From NCBI RefSeq assembly GCF_009914755.1, contig NC_060927.1: 64,000 nucleotides of DNA, one strand, 5' to 3'. Of this stretch, positions 1 to 12,690 are shown piece by piece. The stretch's first letter is position 1. Each line of letters opens with the position of its first letter. The position numbers and the translations under genes are program-made. The stretch comes from the human T2T-CHM13v2.0 reference genome, Homo sapiens. The notes under the pieces are model-generated. The model searched no databases, was not told the origin of the DNA, and saw only the letters and a program-made list of their open reading frames with translations.

Positions 1-132
1 CCAAACACATCCAAACATCAGAAGGAACAAACTCTGGAGACACCGCCTTTAAGAACTGTAACACTCACCGCGAGGGTCCACGGCTTCATTCTTGAAGTCA
101 GTGAGACCAAGAACCCACCAATTCCAGACACA
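1..132 (+). mobile_element. 3' end (U5) of an LTR12-family (ERV9/HERV9) LTR, running off the left edge of the window
   Basis: Sequence ...TTCATTCTTGAAGTCAGTGAGACCAAGAACCCACCAATTCCAGACACA matches the LTR12 3' terminus and is the reverse complement of 60662-60790. No primer-binding site follows, so it is a solo or 3' LTR. Confidence 0.93.
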
Positions 133-2399
133 AGATGACAACGATGGCATTTTCTTCCTTCTTGCTTCTTCCTGCCTGGTTAGAAAAAGGAAATATATTA
201 CCACAAAATCATAAGCCCGTGGTAAAAAAAACTCAGCCTTAAAGTGTGAAAGTGAAAAGATAGAAACAGACTGAATTTCTGAAAACAACTTTGAGTCACC
301 ATGCTAGTTGTGCACTTCATGATACAAACAAATCCTACTGTCAGTAGTTTTTTTAATTGCAGAAGGCAGATGAATGTATTCCTTATGAATGTATCCACCC
401 ACTCTGTTTTGTTCATGCTCCTTTCCATACAACAATGTAATCAGCAGGTTAAGTGAAGAAATATACGTTCAAGGAACTTTACTTTACTATTTCTCTTGAC
501 CATGACCAGACCAGAAGCAGATAAAATTGGTCAGTATCTCCCAAGAGATTCTTAAACATGCACATTCAAGTTAATGTTTTAATACACATATTCTTCTAAT
601 TTAATTTTACCAGTAGATACACATCAAGACTCTTCTCTGGACTTTCTCATAATATATTGCAAAAGTTTGACACCGTCAGCTTCTAAATTATAATTATTAA
701 TTTACTCATATTTATTTTTACTTTATAATCAGGAAGTAGAGTGGGGATCAGAGCATAATACTATTTTAGTAAACTATTTCATTGTTTTCAGCTCATCTCA
801 CACTGTACTTCTGGTAGCAAGAAAGCAAATCATTACATCTTGTTTGATTGCTCCTCCATATCAACGTGATGATTGTGTTTATTGTCCTCAATTTGCTTGC
901 ATGACTCATTACATTTCTGCCAAATATTCCAGTGGATATTTTCTGTTACTAGATTAATGCACTCTCTGATTCTTTCTCTGATAAGTATGTCTCACTTCAC
1001 ATTTTATCTCAGACAGGTTAATAGCTGCCCTCCTTAGCGACATTTAGAAAATGAGATGAACAGAAACCAGCATGTTTTATTATTATTTCCAAGAAACTTT
1101 TATTCCTTTACCCACATTTGGGGTCACATAAGAAGTCTGAGATTTTGATCAGACATCTGCCTTTATAGAGGCTTCCGGTAATTAAGCCTGAGAATGTTTT
1201 CAGCCTATAAAGAGAGGAATGAATTTAAAAGATAGCAAGAAGGAACAATCAAGATGTTAGTGAATTGTATTTAAAAACATTTGGGGAGAAGAAATTTCAT
1301 AGTACATGATATCTGACAATTAGTGATATTTGATAGAGAAGTATCAGATTTTGTAAAGAAATAATATTTTGAAATTAGAAGACCAGAAAATAAGGCCATG
1401 TGAGCCTTTTTTAATGGGATATTATTTAACATAACATTCACCTAATTCTGATTTTTGAGGCTGAGCTTTGCTACAGACCATTAGGCTTTGACTGTGAGCT
1501 ACTGAGATGAGATAGCAATAAGACAAAATAAACCAAAAATTTAATGTGAGAAAGTGAAATGGTTGGCTTGTTGAACTTGGTTGTATTTTACTAATATGAT
1601 ATAAAATGAAGCCATTTGCTGAATTAATAAGAGAATGCTAGGTAATGTTTTTATAAAGTTCTAATTTTGTCTCATTTTTATAATGGTAACAATTAAAACT
1701 GAAATTGCATTACCAGTATGGTTACTGCTATGCTGATATTTCATAGATACTATTTGGTGCTTTGGTATTGAGACATTAGAGTGATAAAAAGAAACAATAC
1801 ACGTTTTATGCTTTTGTGTAATAAAGAGTTTTCATGCTTCTCTTTGAAGTCTGAGATTTTTCTTATTAACAAAATTAAATAAAACAATAATTTTAAGAAT
1901 TCTGTCACTGCTTTTCCCTGGTTTATTTGTACTTATTGAAAAGTTTATGTAACTACAGCAATAAAGTATACAACTAAAATCAACTTCCTTTTCTTTCCAA
2001 ATTTAAGGCTTTTAAAAAAATATTTTTGAGTCATTTTCAGAGATGTGTGAAATTAACAGCAAAACTGCCCCCATTTGGGGATTATAATTTATGTTTGGCA
2101 AGACACATTAGATCTTCAGGTGTTGGAAATAAAAAATTAAATATAAATACAAAAGGATAAATGGTGAGTGATGCCACGTGGCCAAGTGAAATTACACAAG
2201 ACTTGGTAATGAGATTACAATGTGAATCTTGAGACATAAGTAAAAACCTCAAACCCATATAAGGCCTGGAGCTGAAACTCAGCTACCCAAATTCAGTACC
2301 TCAGCCTCCCTAATGAATGTAAAGGATGTGTTGCCTGAAACAGTGAGATACATATTCAAATACAGTACACAACTGTAAATAACAGTTAGGGTAGTGGTA

Positions 2400-2874
2400 A
2401 TGGTGCAGAGCAGTTGAGCCTCATCACTGGGGCTTAGCCTTGGAAGGGATTTTGGGTTTGCCCAGGAAAGAATTCAAAGGCCAGCTGATGGTGTTAGCAA
2501 CTTTTATTGAAGTGGCAGTGTACAGCAGCAGCACAGGTACTGCTGTTTGCGGAGCAGGGCTACACCAGAAATAGTGTGCCCACAGTAGCAGCTCTGAGGC
2601 ATTTCTGCAGTCATATTAATACCCAATTTTAATTATATGAAAATTGAATGGTGGACTATGTAGAGATTTCTAGAAAAGAGGTGGTAACTTCTGGGTTGTC
2701 CGGTGGTTGACATGGAACTTCCAGGTGTTGCCATGGCAATGGTAAACTGCCATGGTACACTGTTGGGCACGTCTTATGGAAAGCTGCCTCCACCCTGTCC
2801 CTGTTTTAGCTAGTCCTCAATTTGGTCTGGTGTCCCAGTCCCACCTCTGGAGTCAAGCCCCACCTCCTACCTCA
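2400..2874 (-). mobile_element. ERV1 solo LTR, MER66-like
   Basis: The minus strand begins TGAGGTAGGAGGTGGGGCTTGACTCCAGAGG...CCAAATTGAGGACTAGCTAAAACAGGG. Family name is from recalled consensus. The left boundary is approximate. Confidence 0.65.
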
Positions 2875-2989
2875 GTACCCTATCTTCTGCCTATATATTT
2901 TTGTTGATAAACCAAAATATGCCCAAGATGAGCATGGGACATGTTCAAGTGGCGACTCACTTTGATCCTATTTGATCCTATCCCCACTT

Positions 2990-3125
2990 CCAACCAAACT
3001 AAAATGGGTCCTGGAGGTCCAGGATTTGTATTTGTTATATTTATGGCAGTCGCTTCAGTGGCTTACACAAAATTCTGCCTTACATAGAGTAGGTACTCAG
3101 TAAATTATTTGCTGAATGATTAAAT
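2990..3125 (+). mobile_element. L2 3'-end fragment
   Basis: Degenerate L2 tail ...ACATAGAGTAGGTACTCAGTAAATTATTTTGCTGAATGA. Confidence 0.55.
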
Positions 3126-3574
3126 TTTTTTTATAGTATAGAGAAATTACATGCAAAAGACAAATATCTAGACACACTAAAAAGACTGACAGGAGTGACA
3201 TCATATCATGTAAACAAAATACAGATGTCCATAAATTTATTACAAAATTTGAGCTTATTTAAATTTTTTATGTCAAAATGAAGATTTATTCATTTCATAA
3301 GAAAAATTTATAGTTAATCTTACTCTCAAAAATAAAAATATAAAAGTTTTTACTTCAAAATTATAGTTTCTGTTGAAGGACTTACACAGATCTCTTAATG
3401 ATTTCTAAGAAAAATTATTTCATTTCAGAGAAATTAAATTTTGTCCCAATTATATGTTGTTTTTTAGTATTTATGAATTTGACAGTTATTTTAACAGCTC
3501 ACTTAAAAGTTTTCCTCTATATTGTTAGAACATTCTTGGCCTATAGCTCCTTGTTAATAATAATAATAATAATG

Positions 3575-3875
3575 TCACGTCTGTAAAACCAACACTTTGG
3601 AAGCCCGAGGCGGGTGGATCACAAGGTCAGGAGTTCAAGACCAGCTTGGCCAACATGGTGAAACCTCATCTCTACTAAAAATAAAATAAAATAAAAAATT
3701 AGCCAGGCATGGTGGCAGGCACCTGTAATCCCAGCTACTCAAGAGGCTGAGGCAGAGAATTTCTTGAACCCAGGGGGCAGAAGTTGCAGTGAGCTGAGAC
3801 TGGGCCACTGCACTCCAGCCTGGGTGACAGAGCGAGACTCCATCTCAAAAAATAACAATAATAAAATCAATAACA
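3575..3875 (+). mobile_element. AluS (AluSg/Sx-like), slightly 5'-truncated
   Basis: GGATCACAAGGTCAGGAGTTCAAGACCAGC, A-rich linker, right monomer ending GACTCCATCTC plus an A-rich tail. Preceded by (TAA)n. Confidence 0.95.
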
Positions 3876-5272
3876 ATACATAATGTGGTTAAAATGTAAT
3901 TCTGTTTTAAATATCAATCTCAAATACATATTATTAGATCTCTCTCTTATTTTATTATATTTCCCTTGATAGTTAATTTGTAAATGTCTAATAAATTTGA
4001 AATGCTGACAAAAGTTAAATAACATGTAATGATCTTAACTGTAGTATTATCTTTAATAACTTAATTCAACTGCTGGAAAAATTAATTCATAGAGAAGGCA
4101 TCATCTGAGAACAATTTCATTGTGTTAAATTGCTTTGTATTCAATATGCTCATTTAGGCATGCACACCTTTTCATTTAGGGGCATTCATCTTACAAAAGT
4201 TCACAAACTTAGAGCTTTGACTATGCTATTTTTGTTCTTGCTAAAATTCCAGAGCTAATACAGCTAAAAGAATTGCTTTAGGATTGGAGCATGAATACAC
4301 ACTTATCTCAATGATAATATCATGATTTAAATTAAATACATTTTACCATCTACTTCAGAATAATTACGGTTACGAATGACTACCTATTCTCAGTAACTTA
4401 CTTCAAAGACATTGATTTTACCAATTAAACATTTCTATATATGTCTAAGAGCAAAACATTTTTAATCTGTGCCTCAGCTTTCTACAATCATTAATTTTAA
4501 TGCTCATTGGTTATGTGCACACTTATTTTGTCCATGTTTTTTCACATCTATTTTTGAGCATTGGAGCAGAACACCCCAGCCCACAGCCTTTTAAGTTGAA
4601 ATTTCTTTTGATACGATACAGAGTCACTGGCTAGTCACCTATTTGAATCAGATAGCACTTTCACCATTTATAATGTTTTGATCAGTAAAGGCAGAATTGG
4701 ATATATTAAAAAATTTTTAAACTTTAATTAAAAATTATTTTAGTAAATTAAATATGGGTTGTATATTATTTTCTCATATCTCTTCTCTCTCCTCCTGTCT
4801 TTTTCCTAGTTAGCTTATACCTAATAATAGCATGTTAAACCATGTTCATTCATGTTATAAGTTTTAAATTCTAAGAAATGAATTCATTTGGAGAGAGTAA
4901 CTGGAAATTTTAAAAGTAGTCATCACTACTTAATATAATATTTTATCAAGTGTTAAAAAAATTACTTTCAATAATTAATGTATTATGACCAAAGGGTCAA
5001 CCTTTCTATTAGACTTTATTAGTCATACAGGAAATATCACTTTGGCAAATAAGCTTATGCAAAATGATTGAGTCAAAATTTTTTTGAGGGTGTTTAAACT
5101 TTAATCCTCTCTGTTTCAATCTGTCTTAATTATGATGCAAGATTATAACTAGCCCCTAGCAACAGCTCATGATTTTGCCATTAATGTGAATTAAGGAAAG
5201 TTATTTCATTTATCAAATATTTTACTTTGTATATTTACATGTCCACTTGAAAGTTATGTTTTATTTCATCAT

Positions 5273-7567
5273 TGATAAGGTTTGGCTGTGTCCCCATCCA
5301 AATCTCAACTTGAATTGTATCTCCCAGAATCCCCACGTGTTGTGGAAGGGACCAAGGGAGAAGTAATTGAATCATGGGGGCAGGTCTTTCCCATGCTGTT
5401 CTCATGATAGTAAATAAGTCTCATGAGATCTGACAGGTTTAGCAGGGGTTTCCACTTTTGCTTCCTCCTCATTTTCTGTTTGCCTGACACCATCATGCAA
5501 GATGGGACTTGCTCTTCCTTGCCTTCTGCCATGATTGTGAAGCCTCCCCAGCCATGTGGAACTCAAAGTCCAATAAACTTTCTTTTGTAAATTGCTCAAT
5601 CTTTGGTATGTCTTTATCAGCAGTATAAAAACAGATTAATAAAGTCAACTGGTATGAATAGAGTGAGGCATTGCTGAAAAGATACCTTAAAATGTGGAAA
5701 CGACTTTGGAACTGGGTAACAGGCAGAGGTTGGAACAGTTTGGAGGCCTCAGAAGAAGACAGGCAAATGTGGAAAAGTTTGGAACTTCCTCGAGAGTTGT
5801 TGAATAGCTTTGTCCAATATACTGATGGTGATATGGACAATAAGGTCCAGGCTGAGGTGGTATCAGATGGAGATGAGAAACTTGTTGGGAAATAAAGTAA
5901 AGGTGACTCTTGTTATGTTTTAGCAAAGAGACTGTCAGCATTTTGTCCCTGCCCTAGAGATTTGTGGAACTTTGAATTTGAGAGAGATGATTTGGGATAT
6001 CTGGTGGAAGAAATTTCTAAGTAGCAAAGCATTCAAGAGGTGACTTGGGTACTGTTAAAGGCTTTCAGTTTTAAAGGGAAGCAGAGCACAAAAGTTTGGA
6101 AAATTTGCAGCCTGATGGCAATATGAAAGAAAACCCCATTTTCTGTGGAGATATCCAAGCCAGCTACAGAAATTTGCATAAGTAGCAAAGAGCCTAATGG
6201 TAATCCCAAAGACCATGGGGAAAATGTCTCTAGGCCATATCAGAGACCTTCACGGCAGCCCCTCCCATCACAGGCCTGGAGGAACAGGAGGAAAAATGTT
6301 TTCATGGGCCTGACCCAGGGTCCCCATGCTGTGTGCAGCCTAGGGACTTGGTGCCCTGTGTTTCAGCTGCTCTAGCCATTGCTGAAAGGAGCCAATGTAC
6401 AGCTCAGGTTGTGGCTTCAGAGGGTGGAAGCCCCAAGCCTTGGCAGCTTCCACATGGTGTTGAGCCTGTTGGGTGATCAGAAGTCAGGAATTGAGATTTG
6501 GGAACCTCCACTTAGATTTCAGAAGACGTATGGAAATGCGTGGATGCCCAGGCAACATTTTGCTGCCCAGCTGGTGCCTTCTTGGAGAACCCCTGCTAGG
6601 ACAGTGCAGAAGGGAGTTGGAGCCCCCCCACAGAGTCCTTAATGGGGCACTGCCTAGTGGAGCTGTGAGAAGAGTGCCACCATTCTCCAGACCCTAGAAT
6701 GTTAGATCCACCAACAGCTTGCACTGTGTGCCTGGAAAAGCCACAGACACTCAACAGCAGCTCATGAAAGCAGCTGGGAGGGAGGCTGTACCCTGCCAGG
6801 GTGAAGCTGTCCAAGACCATGAAAACCTACTTCTTGCATCAGCGTGATCTGGATGTGAGACATGGAGTCAAAGGAGATCATTTTGGAGCTTTAAAATTTG
6901 ACTGCCTTGCTGGATTTCAAACTTGCAAGTGCCCTGTAACCCCTTTGTTTTGGCCAATTTCTCCCATTTGGAATGGGTGTATTTACCCCATACCTGTACC
7001 CCCATTGTATCTAGGAAGGAACTAGCTTGTTTTTGATTTTTCAGGCTAATTGGCAGGAAGGACTTGCCTTGTCTCAGATGAGACTTTGGACTGTGGACAT
7101 TTGGGTTAATACTGAAACGAGTTAAGACTTTGGAGGACTGTTGGGAAAACATGATTGGTTTTGAAATGTGGGGACATGAGATTTGGTGGGGCCAGAGGTA
7201 GAATGATATGGTTTGGCTGTGTCCCCATCCAAATCTCAACTTGAATTGTATCTCCCAGAATTCTTACTTGTTGTGGGAGAGACCCAGGGGGAGGTAATTG
7301 AATAATGGGGGTAGGTCTTTCCCATGCTATACTAGTGATAGTAAGTCTCATGAGATCTAATGGGTTTAGCAGGGTTTTCTGCTTTTGCTTCTTCCTCATT
7401 TTTTCTTGCCTGCCACCATCCATGTAAGATGTGACTTGCTCCTCCTTGCCTTCTGCCATGATTGTGAAGCCTCTCCAGCTATGTGGAACTGTATTAAACC
7501 TCTTTCTTTTGTAAATTGCCCAGTCTTGGGTATGTCTTTATCAGCAGTGTGAAAACAGACTAATGCA
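5273..7567 (+). mobile_element. Full-length THE1A-type MaLR element (LTR-internal-LTR)
   Basis: Two homologous LTRs (5273-5643 and 7204-7567) starting TGATAAGG/TGATATGG-TTTGGCTGTGTCCCC, about 1.56 kb THE1 internal region, purine tract before the 3' LTR, exact 5-bp TSD ATCAT (5268-5272 and 7568-7572). Confidence 0.95.
5671..7025 (+). pseudogene. Frameshifted, stop-riddled remnant of the MaLR/THE1 internal ORF
   Basis: ORF fragments such as KMWKRLWNWVTGRGWNSLEASEEDRQMWKSLELPRELLN and HGVKGDHFGALKFDC are typical MaLR-internal translations, broken across frames. Confidence 0.75.
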
Positions 7568-8888
7568 ATCATTAAGTATTTGGTTAGCGGTAAATCAAGT
7601 TAAAAATGATACTATTTGTAGAAAACCACTTTATAAAGGGCTAAGAAACTACAAAAATGTATTACTAAGTAAGAGGGAGAAATTGGTGGACATAAGTCAC
7701 ATATTTAAAGACAATGTGACCTATCACTTTTGAACTTTCCACTTCATTATTTTCCATAAATTAGTTTTCTTTTTTTTGGTCACTACATACTCTTCTTTTG
7801 GCTTTATTATTTTTTAATTATCAAAAATGTAAATAGTTTAATTGTTATGGCCTGGTAAGTTTATTCTCATTTGCCTACTCTGGGATCCAAACATATACAT
7901 ACACATATGTGCTGTCTGTATATGTGTCATATAAAATGAGAAAACAAAACCAAACAGAAAAGTTTTTAAATAAAATGTGTGTTTTTTTCTGAATTAAATT
8001 GATAGAACAGTGTGAAAAATATGTTCCTATTTAAAAATAAGCATATATTTAATACCAGGTGGTTTAAAAAAAGGCTTGTGAAAATGCCCCATATTATAAT
8101 TTAAGAGATAATATCCATTTAATAAGGACAAAAAAGAATAAGGAATGAAAACTAAATAAAATCTACAAAAAAAGAAAGAATATGATCCATTATATATTAA
8201 TCTTTCTTAGCAAAATAAGTTTTATATGTCTTTCCCAAGTTCAGGGTTTGCTTTCATTTTTAATGATTTTTTTTTTACTAGAAGTCCTCTTAAGTTTAGT
8301 GTAGACACTTTTATCTCTCTTTTTAAAATATATAGTGCTTTTGTATTTGTTATATAAAAACCTTTCCTTACTCCAGTGTCAGAAATATTCACTTTGTCCT
8401 TACTCTTATCAGTCTGTGAGATATCATTTAACTTTTGTTGCTGTCTTGATTTTGCAAACTAATTGCATCTTCCCAGGTTTATATGAGATGCTTTTTATTT
8501 CCCTTAAAATTCACCCAGAAATATATTGTTTCTTATTTATTAATTTTGCCTATTGTATCAAACATTTCTTAATGAGCTATTTGAGATCTCCTTGCCCTCA
8601 GTTTTTGTTTGTTTGTTTGTTGTTGTTGTTGTTGTTTTTGATTACCACAATAATCAGCAAGATGTGGGGTCTAGCTTACTTAATGAGAGCTTAACATACA
8701 AGGCCACCCAGAAATGCTGCAGAATTATTAAACTTTGGGGCCAATGTTTGACAAATGTGAGATAATAGCCATATATAAATTCTCTATTTTTATCTAGATG
8801 GACTGAATTTTAAAACAGTTTACATGAATATCATTTGTCAAAAGATGATCCCACAAAATAGAACAATCAATTGCACCTGATCGGGTTA

Positions 8889-9167
8889 GGCCAGGCTCAG
8901 TGGCTCACACATATAATCCAGCACTTTGGGAAGCCAAGGTGGGAGGATTTGGAAGATTGCTTGAGTTCAGGAGTACAAGACTAGTCTGGCCAATATAGCT
9001 AGATGTGGTAGCACATAGTGTTAGTCCCAGCTACTTGGAAGGCTGAGGTGGCAGGATTACTTGAGCCCAGGATGTGGAGGCTGCAGTGAGCCTTGATCCA
9101 CCACTGCACTATAGCCTGGGCAACAGAGCAAGACCTTGTCTCAAAAAAAAAAAAAAAAAAAAAAAAA
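8889..9167 (+). mobile_element. AluJ with internal deletion of the central linker
   Basis: GGCCAGGCTCAGTGGCTCAC start, J-type GAGGCTGCAGTGAGC and GACCTTGTCTC, A25 tail. Confidence 0.92.
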
Positions 9168-9716
9168 GGCGCTTTGAGTGAATTCTGCTTCCTTATCAGC
9201 CTCACTTCTATTTCCTGTTATTACCTACTTACATAACACAGTACCTCAGGCTTTGACTGAGGCTCTGATATTTGAGGAATCCAGTCTAAGACTTCTACTA
9301 TACTTTGCTCACATATGATTTGAAAAAAATGTGTATTTTTTAGTTCATATTTCTATTCCAAAACTAAAATAATTTGCGCTATATTTTGTATGATGTTCTT
9401 TCTCCAAGAAAATATCTCTATATTATTTTGTATATTTACTGTCTGATTCTATAAGTCTTAGTTGAATGGGAGAAATGAAAAATAAAACCAGCAGTAATAA
9501 GAAATCAACTTAAGCAAACTAATTATTTTTCTAAATATTACATTGCATGAGAGTCTGCAAAATATACAAGATACTGCAGAAACCCAAATTAGTACCCTAA
9601 GGAACAGATATGAAAAAAAAACGCAGAAGGTAGAAGAAGAAAGTTTGTTTTCTGAAGTAAATTTTCAAATATATGCTCTTTATCACTTAAATGATATATT
9701 AATCACAAACTGTTAC

Positions 9717-10059
9717 TGTTTTGTTTTGTTTTGTTTTGTTTTGTTTTGTTTTGTTTGATACGGAGTCTTGCTCTGTTGTCCAGGCTGGAGTGCAGTGGCA
9801 CAATCTCAGTTCAGTGCAACCTCCCCTTCCGGGTTCAAGCAATTCTTGAACCCAGAATTGGGTTCTGGTTCTTGCCTAGGCCTCCCCAGTAGCTGAGACT
9901 ACAGGCATGTACCACTATGCCTGGCTAATTTTTGTATTTTTAATAGAGACAGGGTTTCACTATGTTGCCCAGGCTGGTCTAGAATTCCTGACCTAATGAA
10001 TCGCCTGCGTCAGCCCCCCATAGTGCTGTCATTACAGGCGTGAGCCACTGCACCTGGCC
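9717..10059 (-). mobile_element. AluS (Sx/Sz-like) with (GTTTT)n tail
   Basis: (TTTTG)n followed by GATACGGAGTCTTGCTCTG...GTGAGCCACTGCACCTGGCC. Confidence 0.95.
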
Positions 10060-11049
10060 ACTTCTTATTTCTTAGAAAAGCCTACTTAAACGTTATTTCT
10101 ACCAGGATGATGTCTGAGTAAATATATTTGTAAATTACTTTGCATTCACTAAATACTAGCGAATTATAAAACTGGGCTTTATAAAGGGGTATAGGTTTAT
10201 TTTTTCCCACATATTTAAATTGAGCACAAATTTTCGGTAGCTGTGTTTCTAATCATAGAAATAACAAAATGCTTTACTTGTCTTCCATCTATGACACTTT
10301 CAATGTATTCATGCAAAAAATATAATTGCTCTAAACTGGAAATAATATTGCTGCATATTATATAGAAAAGTTAAAAGAATATGGCTCCTTGAAACAAATT
10401 ACTTCACACATAATGAGGTACTAAAGCATTTTTGTTGCTGTTCTTACCGAGCATGCAGAGTGACTTTACTATTGCTAAAATATAAATGAAACGTGACAAA
10501 TTAAAAAGTCTGGTTAATACTCTGAAATTGCGTTAAATTCCAAAACATATTTTTATGATCCAAACTGTGGGACTTGCAAACAACTATCTGTAATGTATTA
10601 AATAAACAAGTAAGTCAAATTTTACCACTTTATCTTTAAAATAATTGAGCCACCTTTCTTTTGTGGTTACTTACATTCACTTTTAAGCTATGCCAAGAGC
10701 CTGATTTTAGTGTCCTGACCACTGATTAGAAAATTTCTGCAGAATATACTGGAAACAATTTTATCTAATGTACTTTAGTGTACATTAGAGTTTTAGAACT
10801 ATTTTAAACAGAATATATACAGTCTTTTTGTTTCTGCACAAGTTACTTAATAAATTCAAAAATTAATAGCATAAATATAGAGTAGCAAAAGCAGGCAAGA
10901 TTTCCTCCAAATGGTTGAAATTAAAATAAACGATAATGGAAAAACAGGTATCATGCGATACTCTGTGAAGGAATAATCAATTTTATTTTGTTGTAGCCAG
11001 AAATACGTATCTTGAACCAAATAATGAGGAAGAAAAACAGAAAACAACT

Positions 11050-11430
11050 GAAGTCAAATTGAAATAACTGTTATTACTGAAGCCCAAGAAGACACGACAA
11101 GACTGAGGAAAGTTTCCAGATTAAATGAGATCAAATGAGCATGGCAAACAATGGCAAGCCTTTGTCTTGATTGAATCCTTTTGGGTAAAGCAAATAAAAT
11201 TGGAAATTGTTGTAAAATTTGATGAAATTCTAATATATACTTCAGGCTAAAGTGTTGTGCCAATGTTACATTCTCTAAACATGATAACTATAGCATTGTT
11301 ACTTAAATAAAATACTTTGTTTTTAGGAAATACACATAAACTATTAAGGAGTAAATGGGCATACTAGAAATTGCTGAACCTGGGCAAAGTGTATATGAAA
11401 TTATTCGTTTGTTCTACTGTCCTGAATGTT
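11050..11430 (+). mobile_element. Old L1M (L1MC/ME-type) 3'UTR fragment
   Basis: Degenerate similarity: TTCCAGATTAAATGAGATC...TTGATTGAATCC...TTTTAGGAAATACACATAAA. Confidence 0.5.
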
Positions 11431-11739
11431 AAAAGATATAAATAGAAATCTAAATAAAATAAAATGCATAACTTTAGAATTCAAAAGTTCTTAGCAATTG
11501 AAGTGTAGGTATCCCAGTTTGGATTATTTATTTTCCTTTTAAAAGTATGTGCATTTTCTGAATTTTTAAAGAGGGATATGGCAGGTTTATTTTCATAAGA
11601 TCTTGGCAGAATCCATTTTATTCAGAAGTTTATGCATTACATTTTTCATGTATCCTTACAACCTTTATTTGTAAGGTTACCATAAAAATTAAAAGAAACA
11701 GTGAAACAAAAAATGAAGCATATGAAAATATAGAAGAAA

Positions 11740-12690
11740 TCTTCAAATCAGGAAAAAATAAAAATAAACCCCACGTTATTTCAATATAGTTGTTATTAAC
11801 CATGTACTTTAATGATTATAACTTTATTCAAGGATATGAAAGGAATATAAACTAAAGATATGCAGAATTAAAGAGTTTAAACAAATAATTAGAACCTAAT
11901 TATTCTAGAATTTGAAGAATATCTGAGATCAAGAAATTACTGGATATGTTTAATGGCAGAATATAGGACTGTTAGTCTGAAAAACTACAAAATGAAGAAA
12001 TAAGCATAAGAGAGCTGTGGAATACCAGAAAAAGCTCTAAGTCTAAATGGAATGCTAGAATGAAAGTGATATTGAGGCAAAATAGATATTCAAAAAGGTA
12101 ATGTCTAATGATTTTCCAGAACTGAAGAAAAACTTTAAACCACAGAATCTAGCTTGGGAGTCTCCATAAAGGAAAAATACAAAGAAAACCACGCATAGAT
12201 ATACCATGGTCAAACTTCCTAAGACAAAAAATTAATGTAAAATCCTTATAGTAGCAAGGATAAAATGACAAGCAACTTTAACAAAAACAATAATAAAATG
12301 GTTTACTTTTCAACAGAAACCACGTATGTTAACAGTCAAAGGAAACACATTTTAAATGTTAAAAGAAAAATCATAACCTAACATTACTATCAAAATCCAT
12401 ATTCATATAAGGTAAAGGTAAATTATATACATTTTCTGATAAATTATGTTAAAATACAAAAGCCTGGACATAAAATTTTTAATATTAAAAACACATAATG
12501 TGTTTTTCCATATTTTGCGAGAAAATATGGAAAAAAATGAAACCAAAAAAGGCATATGGAAAAAATAAAGATGAGCACAGTAACAAACGAATAAAGTAGA
12601 AAAAAAAGCTAAATATGGTTCTTTCAAAAGATTACTAACATGATGAATACCTTTAAAGACCAATCAAAACAAAAAGTTGATTACACACCA
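11740..12690 (+). mobile_element. Old L1M ORF1/ORF2-derived fragments
   Basis: A-rich strand with decayed ORF1 motifs (GAGCTGTGGAATAC, TTTTCCAGAACTGAAGAAA, TTTTCAACAGAAACCA). No open frame. Confidence 0.6.

Noticed and set aside
8335-8694. 119-aa hydrophobic ORF
   Set aside because: Non-ATG start. The hydrophobicity comes from T-rich and (GTT)n low-complexity DNA, and there is no splice or promoter context.
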